Shown here: positions 52,710-64,000 of the stretch, piece by piece
Layout of the letters: each line of letters opens with the position of its first letter
How positions within the stretch are numbered: position 1 is the stretch's first letter
NCBI GenBank assembly: GCA_028534125.1
Contig: CM052817.1
Span: 57,848,001 to 57,912,000, forward strand
DNA: 64,000 nucleotides
Source: Lama glama
Lineage: Eukaryota
Direction: 5' to 3'
Made by a program: the position numbers and the translations under genes
Notes under the pieces: model-generated
Seen by the model: only the letters and a program-made list of their open reading frames with translations
Database searches by the model: none
Told to the model about the DNA's origin: nothing

Positions 52710-53398
52710 CCACCCAATAGAATGACTATCATCAAAAAGACAATTACAGGTGCTGGTGAGGATGTGGAGAATATGGAACCCTGCATACTTTGCTGGTAGA
52801 TGTGTAAAAGGGTGTAGTCTTTTTGAAAGAAATATCTGACATTTCCCCAAAGAGCTAAACATAGAGTTACTTTATCATCCAGCAATTCTACTCTTAGGTG
52901 AATTAAGACATATGTCTACAGAAATTTATACACAAATGCTCATAGCAGCATTATTTATTATAGCCTTTATTATAGCTCAAAAAGAAAACATAACCTAAAT
53001 CTCCCTTAACTGATGAGTGGATAAACAAAATGTAGTATACATACGCAATTGAACATTATTCAGCCTAAGAAAACAATAAAGTGCTGGTACCTGCTACAGC
53101 AGGAATGAACCTAGAAAACATTATGAAAGTGAAAGAAGCCAGACACCAAAGGCCACATATTGTATGATTCCATTTATACGAAACGTATAGAATAGGCAAA
53201 TTCATACTGATAGAAGGTATGTTGGCTGGGGGTTTTAGGGATGTACTGCATGGATATGGGATTTCTTTATGGCATGATGAAAATATTCTGGAAATAGATA
53301 ATGGTGATGGTTGTATAACCTTGTGAATACACTAAAAACCAATGAACTGTAGACTTCAAAAGGGTACATTTTATAGCATGTGAATTATATCAATTTTT
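52710..53398 (+). mobile_element. L1MB-type 3' end
   Basis: tgctggtgaggatgtggagaa...ccagcaattctactcttagg...gtgaaagaagccagacac...tgtatgattccattta...gtgaattatatcaat. Confidence 0.88.
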
Positions 53399-54839
53399 AA
53401 GTGAGCAATATTATAAAGTCAAAAAAAATATGAAGACATTCTGCATGTCTTTGTGTGTCTTGGAGTCATGCAGGAACAGAAGTAGATGCAAAGATGGGGA
53501 GATACTGAGTTGACTAAGCTACACTAGAGAGGAGCACTTGGGCTTCTGAAGACGTAAAGGTAGAAAATGGGTTATGCCAATCTATGTCAAGAATTAGGAA
53601 AGACTGAAAGATCTGAGTCAATTTAGTACAGACTACAATATGTAAAGAAAGCATTATTATGTACATTCCATTTAAGAGGTAAGAAAACTAAGTGGCTTGC
53701 CTGAGATATAGCAAATAAATGGTAAGAGTCAGCTGAATTCGTATTTGACTGACTCCAGAGAGTCAACACTCATGACTACTCTTAACTATTCTTTCTCCTC
53801 TTGAAGTATAAATCATTTTTGTACACAAGGCATGCAAATATTTGAACTACAAATGGGTTTTAAATGAAAAAAAAGAATACTTCTATTTGGGTTTTTTTTG
53901 TTTTGTTTTGTTTTTGCTAAATAGACTGTGTGTATGTGTCAAAACAAGAACATTGAAAACTCACTGGAATTTAGGTATACGTCCATCCATATGCCTCTCA
54001 ACCTCTAAAAGTGTTTTAGACAGAGATCTGAATGTGCTAAAATTTGGAGACTTTTTTTTTTTAAAACAGGAAACTTCTTAGTTGGGAGTTCCAGCTGATC
54101 AGAGAGAGAAAGATCTCTAAGGAAGCAAAATATACATGGGGACTGAACTCAAACTTATGTCAAAGCTTCCACTGCTTTCAGCTACAAGAGCGAACAACAC
54201 ATGTTTATTGATCACCAATCATGTGCAAGATTGGGCCTGAGGTATTAAAAAGACAACAAAGCACAGGGCCCTTCCGGCGGGCTTGCAGAGGAAGATACGT
54301 TTACTTAACAGAAGAAATGTAACAAATGCTGAAACAGAGGCAGAAGTGTAAAGAGCTGCAGCTGACTGAAATTTCTCCATGCTCTAGAAAAGTTCTGTCT
54401 GAGATGCAGACTCCCAAGAACTCACTTTCCACCTGCTTACTGCAGCTGTATAAGAAACTACAGAATGCTTTAGCAAAGAATTAGAGCAGATTTTATCAGT
54501 GAGGTGTGGCTGAATATGAAAGGCTCTCAGTAAAGCAACCCAGGCCTGCAATAATGGTGTTAAAAAAAAAAAAAGCTAAGCATAGATTACCCCGGCTTAC
54601 ACCACTTTCTTCTTGTTTCTAAATCTGATACAATTAAGTCTACATCTTAATAGATAAGATTTATATGTTACGTCTGTTTTCAAGACAGGCTTCAATATTC
54701 TTAATTAACAAAATATAATGCCATCAAGAATTCTGAGAAAACTCTCTTTGCCTTACATTCCTCAGAACACTTTCATCACAGTGGCGACTAAACCTCCAGG
54801 TTGGATAACACTTTTCAGTAAGAGCTCTGGGCTCTGCAA

Positions 54840-55100
54840 CAGTCAGAGGACAGGAGGCGGGCTGGGGGTCAGTGCCCTCAGGCTTCTTAGTTTCTTGGCC
54901 TCCGGGCTTCTGTTGCTAGGCACTCACCAGAGAATAGCCGCAGGGCTATTGTGAGGGTGCTTTTCTCCCCCAGCCCCTCTCCAGCTCCTGTTTCTCTGGT
55001 TCTGAAAATAAGTGACTATTTGGAGACAGCCTACAAAGAGGCTAACAGAGGTTTCCACATGTGAGCATCTAGTTTATATCCATGGGCAAAGAATATTAAG
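54840..55100 (+). other. Candidate non-coding exon or promoter of a plus-strand transcript (possibly upstream MMRN1 5'UTR exon)
   Basis: Unique GC-elevated segment ending in near-consensus donor AAG|GTAAGC at 55100/55101; about 42 kb from the SNCA start, on the side where MMRN1 lies in mammals. No coding evidence. Confidence 0.35.
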
Positions 55101-55729
55101 GTAAGCGCTACCAAGGATTGTTTCTAAATTAACATTCTGCTTGAAAGAATTTTTTTTTAACCTGAAGTTTGCTATAGTTGCCTCTGATGAGATTACAGGT
55201 CTATTTTGAGTATTAATAGTGTTAGCACTTTGTGGAACATACAATGAATTCACTTTTTAAAGCATTAATTTTCCTTTAAACTGTGTGGCACTTACCATAA
55301 TCCAGTAGGAGCATGAGTAGAGAAAAATTTCTGGCAGAATTTAGTAATATATATGAAAACAGCCTGAAGAAAATCGTTTATGTAGAAAATTCTTATTGTG
55401 TTACTATTGCTTATGGCACAATTATTTAGTTATTTCTTTAGTTGATAGTCTAATCAACTACTAAATCAGTAGACTTTGTACTGTGAAACTGTTCATCTTT
55501 TGGACGTAGAATGTTGCTGCCTTTAATGTTACAGATATTCTCACTGCTCTGAGTGTAGAAACCATGGGGAAGGACAGCTGGTGCATTTGCAGATATGATT
55601 GCTCTCTTTTCTTTTGAAAACAAGCTCTGGGTTAGCTATTTCCGCCAGCTTGCTAATATAACAAAATTATATTGACCTCTGTGTATCAACAAAAACTAAG
55701 AATCTAAATTGAGGCATGAGATCAGGGTG

Positions 55730-55950
55730 CCCTGGGGAGAGGACAAAGCCTCAGAGTTAAAGGACCTGGGCTCAAAAGACAGTTCTGTCACTTTTCAGCT
55801 GCCATACCTTGGGCAGTTCCTTGACATCTTGGTAAAATGGGGATTATAAGTCACAGTGGCAGGGGTGTTAGAGAAATTAAGTAATACAGTTTATATGCCA
55901 CTTAAGATAACACTTGGCACAAAATTAGTGTGTACTGAGCTAACAATTAA
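55730..55950 (+). mobile_element. MIR SINE
   Basis: gacctgggctca...ccttgggcagtt...gtaaaatggggattataa. Confidence 0.7.
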
Positions 55951-58189
55951 AGTTATCAGGAGAAATTAAATCAGAGTTAATCTGCCTTACTATTGGCCTC
56001 AGAAGGGAAACTAGAAAATTTATAATCTGTCCAAAACCAATTTATAAAACAAGTGAACCACACAGAAGGCATTCTGGTGCTTTGAGTAAGAACAATCCGT
56101 CCTCGAAGATCAAAGGAATCCAAGAATAGGTGGGTCCAGGCTCTTGCTATGGCAAAAGTAAAGAAAATATAATGGAAATTAAGCATAGGATTGATAAAAT
56201 ATAGCTCTGGTTTCTTGATACGGTAATATCCCAACTTTGACCAATATAGTACCTTCCATTGTATAAAAAGTCTCATGTGCACTGACCCATGTCATCAGCA
56301 GCAGAATACAGAGGAGATAACTGAAGCATGGCAAGATCCAGGGTCCTGTCTAAGATCATAGCAGCAGTCCATGACAGAGCAAGGATGAGAATGAAGATCT
56401 CAGGTTCACACTTGAGACTCTTTGCCATGCTGCCTTCTTTCTACATTGTACTGTCTATGGTTCTGAAAGAAATAGTTAAAGTATTTGGAGAAAAGGGATA
56501 GTTTTCTGCCTTTTTTTTTTCTGAATGGGTTATTACCTTTCCTATTTAGCCAGTGATAAACCGATTTGCATACAGTAAACTAAGCAATGAACTAACTGCC
56601 AATAAAGGCAATTTCCTGATTCTATCGGAGTGTATTTAAGTGTCTAGTTATATCTAAATTCCAACCTGGAAAATACATACTTTAAAATTGTTGAAGCAAA
56701 CACATTCAATACGTTTTTCTTTAAATTAGGAATTACTTATTCTAAGATATTAAAGGAACCCAAAGGAATGTGGCTGTTTTCTAGTTAGGACATACAAAAA
56801 TCTTTGAAATTTGAGAATCACTGTTAGATGTACTTGTTTTGTCAAAATGACTTCTTCTACCTGTAAAAGTGAGTGTTCTCATTTTGTGTGAGTGCTTTGT
56901 GTGTACGAATGAATTACATGCTTTTTCTTTCTTTTTTAATGAAGGATTGAGACAGTAATGTTAAAGGTGTTTTGTGTTTGTCAAAGTTGCCCGTGGTAAA
57001 TGTAAGATGTCTTATTCTATCTAATCAGGGCTGTTATTACTACTCTAGTAATGGCTCAACTAGCATTGATTTACATTTTTACCCAGTTAATTGCTGTACA
57101 CCTTCTTCAATCCATTGATTATTACTGTAAGTTGTGTACTGAATCCACTTCTACAGGCCTACCTTTCCATTTATAATTTTGCATTTGGAAACTGAACAGT
57201 AATGATACAACTAATGAAGGAGTTGAGTATAATAAGTTATGCATCACAACTGCTGAGAATCCTTCAGAGGACTTTAAAGTGCTTTGTGAGCTATTTTTGT
57301 TCTGATTATAACACTTGTTTACAACATCTGGTCATTTCCTAAATTTATTACTAATGAGTTTGTTAGCAGCTGGGATATCTCTACATTTAAGCAAAGTTTA
57401 TTTTAAATTAGGGTATTCTATTAACTATTTTCCTGCTGTTTTAGAAAGGCAACCCTCTCAGAAAAATTACTTTTACATTTTGGTGACATCTATATGTCAT
57501 AATCACATTTCCGTAGAATGACCATTTTTCTTTAATTCCTCTATGGTAGGGGGATATTATTTGCTTTTCGTTTTTCTGAGTTTTGTTACAGTTAAAAAAA
57601 CAAAAAGGGGAATTGTTGGATTTGCTAGTCAACTACTATTATTAGGTCTTTGCTGTGCTGTCTTTTTTAAATCCATATTCCTGATACTGAATCATTTTTA
57701 TCAACATTATTTGAACTTAACAATAAATATATATGTTGATATATATGTATATACAGTTAGAAACAGGAATTAACATTTACCCCACTTTAATAAAATTAGA
57801 ACAAATCTTCTTATCTCTAAATTTAACTGAGTTTAGATGGTTTTAAGAGAATGCATACGAAGATAGTGTTACATATCCAAAACCACTGACTTGTTCTTAG
57901 AAAACCTGGATTTTAATCCTGATTCTAACAGTGAAATTTTTTTAGTGTCCTACTATATTTTTCCCTTCATTTTATGCTCTAGACATATTAAAATTTTTGG
58001 TAAACATCAGTTTAATTTAAAATGACTTTCTGCCCTGGAGGAGATTTCTGCTCTACAAATGAATGTAAGTATTAGATTTGTTGTATTTGATAAAGGAAAG
58101 ATTGTATGCTTAATTTGAGAAAGTTCAACACACTGCTGGGCAGGTGTGAACATTCTTGATTTTAAGCTTATTAAATTCTCTTACACTTA

Positions 58190-60560
58190 AAAAAATTAAT
58201 ATGTAGATTACCTGCAATAAAATGCACAGCTCTTCAGTGTTCAGTTCAATGATTTAACAATTTTATATATTCAGTACCCTCAACCCAAAGCAAAATGTAA
58301 AATATTTCAATCATCTAAGAAATATCTTTCATGTCCTTTTCCAATAAACCCTCCTACCTCCAGAAAAAAACTACTTTCTGATTTCTACCGCCATAAATGA
58401 GTACTTCCTGTTCTTGGCTGTCACACACATAGAACTGTCACAGGCATTCTTTTCCGTCTCAGATCTCTCACTCAACATATTGACTTTGAGATTCATTCAT
58501 GTTATTGCATATATCAGTATTTCATTCCTTTTTAATGCAGAGTAGTGTTCTATTGTATGAATATTTCACTCTTGATTTATATCTTCTTCTCTTAATGGAC
58601 ATTTGGGTTGTTTCCAGTTTGGGGCCAGTATTATGAATAAGGTGTTCTGAATACTCCTGTACAGGTCTTTTTGTGGACATGTTTGTGTTTCTCCCAGTTA
58701 AATACATTAATGTAAAATTCCTTTGTTAAGGGTGAGATGGATATTTAACTTTAAAATTGTCACACTGTTCTCCAAAGTGGTAGTACCATTTTACATTTCT
58801 ACTGGAAACATACAAGAATTCTGACTGCTTTACTCCCTTCCAGGATTTGATGTTGTGACTCTTTTTAAATTTGAGTTCTGCTAATGGTAGTGAAATGGTA
58901 TCTCATTATAGTTTTAATTGTTTTACCTTGCTCTGATAACTAAAATTGCTGGGTACCTTTTGATGTTGCCCATTTGTGTATCTTTTTTGTTCTGTATCTG
59001 TTCAAGGCTTTTGTCAATTTATTAGATAATTTGTTTTTTTTATTACTGATTTATAGGAATTCATTTTATATTCTGAATAGGTAACTTGTTCAAATGTCTA
59101 AATTTCTATTATTTTCTCCAATGTGGGGCTTGCGATGCATTTCCTTAGTTGTATCCTTTGATGAGCTGAAGTTTTTAATTTTAAAGGGGTTCAATGTATT
59201 AATTTTTTATAGTTCATGGTTTCTGTATCCTATCAAAGAAATCATTCTCTATACCAAGATCATAAGGATATTCTCTCAATGTTTGTTTCTTGAAGGTTAT
59301 GGTTTAGTTTTTAAATTTAGTCTATGATTCTTTTTAAATTAATTTTGGGTTTGGAGTGTATTGGCATTAAAGGGCCACTTTTTAAAAATTATATATTTAT
59401 TTGTTCCAGTGTCTTTTATTAATAAGATTTTTTATTGTTGAATTGACAGTGCCTTTGTCCAAAATCACTGTGGATTGATTTCTAGACTATTTCCTTCAGG
59501 TGTTCTAATTTTAGAGAAAACTCTCTTAGCCTTAAATTATTTGGAATAACAAAATGACTTTATTGTATTATAGATTGTCCTGGAATCAGGTAGTGTCAGT
59601 TATTCATTTTAGTTCTTTTTGAAAACTGCCTGACCCTTTTAGACCCAATTGTATTGTGAACTTGCCTAAATTCATTAATTAGTAGTTTGGTTTTTTTTTT
59701 TAAATTTTTGAGGATTACACAGAGGTGCTATGTACTTGGGTATGTCATCTCTCTCTATATATAACAGCATTTTACGTTTCCTTTCCAGTCACCCTACTTT
59801 TGTTTCTTTTGTTTGCCTTGTTGCACTGACTAGGACTTCCAATGTAAGAGTGAGTAGAAGTTGTTAAGATTTAAAAACAATTTTTTTTTGCTGTTCTTTG
59901 TATCAGGGGAAAACCATTCAGTGTTTCATGATTAACAGAGATGTCATCTGTAGTTTTTTTTATTGATGCCCTTCTATTCCTAATATGCAGAGGGATTTTA
60001 ACATGAACTGGTGTTTAATTTTGTCAAATGCTTTTACTATATCTATTTAAACATACACACCTACTTTTTTTCTTTATTTTCTCTTCCTAATATGGTGAAA
60101 TTTCATTGCTTAATCTCTGACTGTGAATCAACCTTGAATTCCTATAATAATCCCCATGCAGTCATGATACAGTAATATTTTACATAGGGCCAATATTTAG
60201 TTACGAGTATTTTTGTTTTCATGTCCATGAAGGTTATTAGTCTGTGGTTTGTTTTTATTGAAGTATTTGGCCTTGCAATACTTGGTATTGATTTTTTCTG
60301 ACCTGATGAATCGAGATTGAATATATTATTTCCTCTTCTGTTTTTGGAAAGAGTTCATGAAGACTCATGATAGTGCTTCTTTAAGTATTTGACAGAAGTT
60401 AATAGTGAAGCCATCTGGGCCTGGAGTTTTCTTTGTTGGAAAGTTTATTATGAATGAGGCTTTTTAGATTTGCTTATGGTTCTTTCTATCAATTTTAGTA
60501 AATTTTTTTTAAAAAGTAATATATCCTCTTCATTTGAATTATCAAATATATTCACACATA
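58190..60560 (-). mobile_element. Ancient L1ME-type element (3'UTR and ORF2 remnants)
   Basis: ttgagattcattcatgtt...tggacatttgggttgtttccagtttgggg...ttctccaaagtgg...gtgaagccatctgggcctggag. Confidence 0.85.
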
Positions 60561-61828
60561 GGTCTTCTGGAGACAAAACCTTTCAGGTTTTGCCTTCTAA
60601 AGATGTCTTTATTTTTCCTTTACTTTTAGGGATATTTTTACTGGATAGATACATAACTCTAAATTAACAGATTACTTTTTTCTTTTGAGTACATCAAAGA
60701 TGTCATTCCATTGTCTTCTCTCATTGTATTTAATGCAAAGTCAACCATAATTGTCGTACCCTTTATGTAATGTGGCTTTTAAAAAATTATTTAATGCTTT
60801 TAATATTTTCTTTGGTGTTTCAAGATTTTACTTACGATATGTCCAGGCACAGTTTCCTTCTTGGGGTTTTCTGAACTTCTTTAGTGATTGGGTTAATGTG
60901 TTTGAGCAATTTTGGAAGAATCTATTATCTTTTAAAATTTTATCTTTTGNNNNNNNNNNNNNNNNNNNNNNNNNNNNNNNNNNNNNNNNNNNNNNNNNNN
61001 NNNNNNNNNNNNNNNNNNNNNNNNNNNNNNNNNNNNNNNNNNNNNNNNNNNNNNNNNNNNNNNNNNNNNNNNNNNNNNNNNNNNNNNNNNNNNNNNNNNN
61101 NNNNNNNNNNNNNNNNNNNNNNNNNNNNNNNNNNNNNNNNNNNNNNNNNNNNNNNNNNNNNNNNNNNNNNNNNNNNNNNNNNNNNNNNNNNNNNNNNNNN
61201 NNNNNNNNNNNNNNNNNNNNNNNNNNNNNNNNNNNNNNNNNNNNNNNNNNNNNNNNNNNNNNNNNNNNNNNNNNNNNNNNNNNNNNNNNNNNNNNNNNNN
61301 NNNNNNNNNNNNNNNNNNNNNNNNNNNNNNNNNNNNNNNNNNNNNNNNNNNNNNNNNNNNNNNNNNNNNNNNNNNNNNNNNNNNNNNNNNNNNNNNNNNN
61401 NNNNNNNNNNNNNNNNNNNNNNNNNNNNNNNNNNNNNNNNNNNNNNNNNGCTGGCAGGGACAGGGGCAGCACCACAGTTTTTTCTGTGATATTTGGTGGG
61501 AGTTACTGTCTAGAAAGATTTCTTTCTTTCTAGGCTGACCATTTCCTGGTCCTTTGGCTTTTCTTGTGGCTTTGGTTGTTTATGTCATAGATGTTTCTAG
61601 TGTGTCAATTTCTCCAGAACCCAGTCTAGGATATATGAGGCAAAAAGAAAATCCAGAGAACCCAATGCTGTGTTTTCCTCGGGTCTCCTAGCCAGTCTGC
61701 CTTCTTTTCTTCACCTTTTAGAGTCTTCTTATGTTTGTTTCACATATAGCGTCCAGGATTTTTAGGTGTACTTAGCAGGAAGAATAGGGAAAAGTACACC
61801 TATTCCATATTTCCAGCAGCAGAAGTCA
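60561..61828 (-). mobile_element. Ancient L1M 5'/ORF1 remnant, spanning the second gap
   Basis: aagatgtcattccattgtcttct before the gap and gagtcttcttatgtttgttt...ccatatttccagcagcagaagtc after it resemble reverse-strand L1M 5' regions. Confidence 0.65.
60950..61449. other. Assembly gap (500 N)
   Basis: Run of exactly 500 N. Confidence 1.
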
Positions 61829-63059
61829 TTAATGCATTAATGATAATCACTCAATGGCCAGACAACTTTCTTCATGAAGGAAAAGAAAATATTGTTATTT
61901 CTTAAAGTGTGCAAAAAAATTAGTCTTAAAGATTTTTTAAATTAAGTCTTTCAAGTATGTTGTCCTCCTTAAATGAGAAATATAGAATAAGCAATAGGAT
62001 AATTTTGCAGCCTATCAATATAAACATTTGCTTATGAGGGATATTTGGTCATCTTTTATCAATTTGTCCTTTATGTTCTTAATTAGAAAGTTAAAAATTA
62101 TATGTTAGAGTAAAATATGTTGTATTTTTTCCTGACAAACTAATATGCTTCTCTTACTTAATATTAAGAATTATACGATTCATCATATTTCTATATTTCC
62201 TTTTCTACCAGCCCACTCAAACCTAAATCTTGCTCTTAATTTCAATTTGTTTGCACATCTTAGGTCTTTCTGCCATTACTACTACTTTATTACCCTTGAT
62301 TATACAGCTCTTGGACTTTGCTTTATGACTCTTATGTGCCTGTAATGCTTTCAAAATAAACCATCTGAAATATATTTTGCAAACAAGAAGTAGAAGCAAT
62401 AGGCTTTCTGAATTTTATTTAGGAAGGACTTACAAGAGGCAATATGATCAAAAGGGTGTTCTAGGAGACAGAACTATATTCATAGAGGGAGTACCTTGTA
62501 TTAATTTGCATTGCTTTTTTTTTTTCTTTCTTTAATGTGGCTATGAGTTGGGGAAATAGATCCTCCCCTATTTAATTCCCTGACAGGTATTATTATTACA
62601 GATATATAGAAGTACATTAATAGTTTTATCCATTCATTCATTTATTTGATAAATATTTATCGAATGCCTGCCAAACACTGTCCTAGATGCCGGGGGTGCA
62701 GTAGTCTTATACTGCCCTGCAGGTTCCATTCTAGCAAATGAAAGGAGCACCTTATCTGTGCTGTCAAGGATAAGGCAAGGTCATCACTTACAATACTGCA
62801 CAGGAATTAAAAATGGCATCCAACCAAAAAGAATAAAACAGGAAAGATTAGACTAAGAGAAAATATAAAAACACAAAATTCCCCCATTAATTTCATAAAT
62901 TCAAGTTAATAGAAATCATTCAATTATTAGTGGTGTCTCACTATATGTTTTAGCTGCAAGCTTAAAATAATTAAAATGAATTTAAGATAATTTGAAAATT
63001 ATTTTTCTAGATTTTTGTAAACTTACATGTTTACTATTTCTTTGGGGGGTTATTATTAC

Positions 63060-63260
63060 ATAGTGGAAAGAATCAGAATTGGACATAAGTCTCTGTTCAA
63101 TTACCAGTGTGTTACCCTAGGGAGTTGTTTAACTCCTTTGAGCCTGACTTTCTGTCAGTCAAATTAAAGTAGAATACTTTACATCATTGGGAGAATTAAA
63201 CAATGTGCCAAATTTAGCTTACTTAGCATGTTGTTTGGCTCATCAAAATCACACGTAAAT
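63060..63260 (+). mobile_element. MIR SINE
   Basis: atagtggaaaga...gttgtttaactcctttgagcct...gggagaattaaa. Confidence 0.65.
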
Positions 63261-64000
63261 CTGTTTCTCTTCTTCCTCCAGCCCTTTTACTGTATGTTTA
63301 TAACCCCCTTGGTCCACATATAAATTTAACAGGTTTTTAATACTTTAAACCAACATAAAATTGAAAAGAGCTTAGGACTTTGCTTCCTGCAATTATCTTT
63401 TGACAATGTCAGTTTATGGAAGGCTATAATGAAATATTATTTTAAATGTTTTATACTATTTTAAGAAAAGAATTTCTCATGTGAGAAAGAAAGGAAGAAA
63501 CTGCTAAGAAATCTATTAATCTAGTAGAAGTTATTCCATATGCCCAACATTTTCCAAAGAATAACTTTTGCAGCCTTACATGTGGCTTTAAGTAATACAC
63601 AGCACCACCTACAAACAATGAAATCCTCAATCTTAGTCTTTTAACTCTTATTTATATTTTTGTTTCAACATAATAACATTTTTTGTTATTTTCTTGTAAT
63701 TTAAAAAAGAATATGAAAATAATAATAAATTAGAAAAAGAAAACTGAAATAAACCCATTATCTCATTACCTAGGAAGAACATGCTTTGCAATATGATTTC
63801 AATTCTATGTTTATGGTACCATGAAAAATGACATAAAAACCTCCTGATGCAACATAATCTAATGAGTTTCACAGTTTTGTTCTTATAAATTACTCAGTGA
63901 AAAAATAGGGTAAAACATAATTCATTATAAAAAATTTTGTGGGCCATGGGGGTGTAACAGAATGGTGGGGTCCAGATATACAAAACTCTGATGATACAGT

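Noticed and set aside
60751..61533. ORFs of 201-260 aa
   Set aside because: Artefacts of reading through the second 500-N gap.
55101..64000. Searched for the MMRN1 first coding exon
   Set aside because: No long signal-peptide-initiated ORF; MMRN1 coding sequence is not called in this window.

Overview
Mammalian genomic DNA, almost certainly camelid (two copies of a tRNA-derived SINE matching the camelid Vic-1 family, plus cetartiodactyl-type L1 3' ends). The window holds the 5' end of SNCA (alpha-synuclein) on the minus strand: a CpG-island promoter, four alternative non-coding first-exon donors, coding exon 2 (11650-11770, aa 1-40) and coding exon 3 (2867-2908, aa 41-54). Exon 4 onward lies left of the window. 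The remaining ~50 kb is repeat-rich intergenic DNA (L1, L2, MIR, LTRs, DNA-transposon fossils, two 500-N gaps) running toward the expected neighbour MMRN1, whose coding sequence is not present. None of the supplied ORFs is a real gene; the real exons were found by reading the reverse strand. I see no new biological system. The best leads are lineage-specific changes at a Parkinson-disease locus: Leu instead of Phe at residue 4, an altered loop in the 5'UTR IRE-like element, a strong frameshifting donor 4 nt downstream of the exon 2 donor, and a Rep1-orthologous site without the microsatellite. Comparisons with human sequence and repeat subfamily names come from memory and need alignment or RepeatMasker confirmation; repeat boundaries are approximate.
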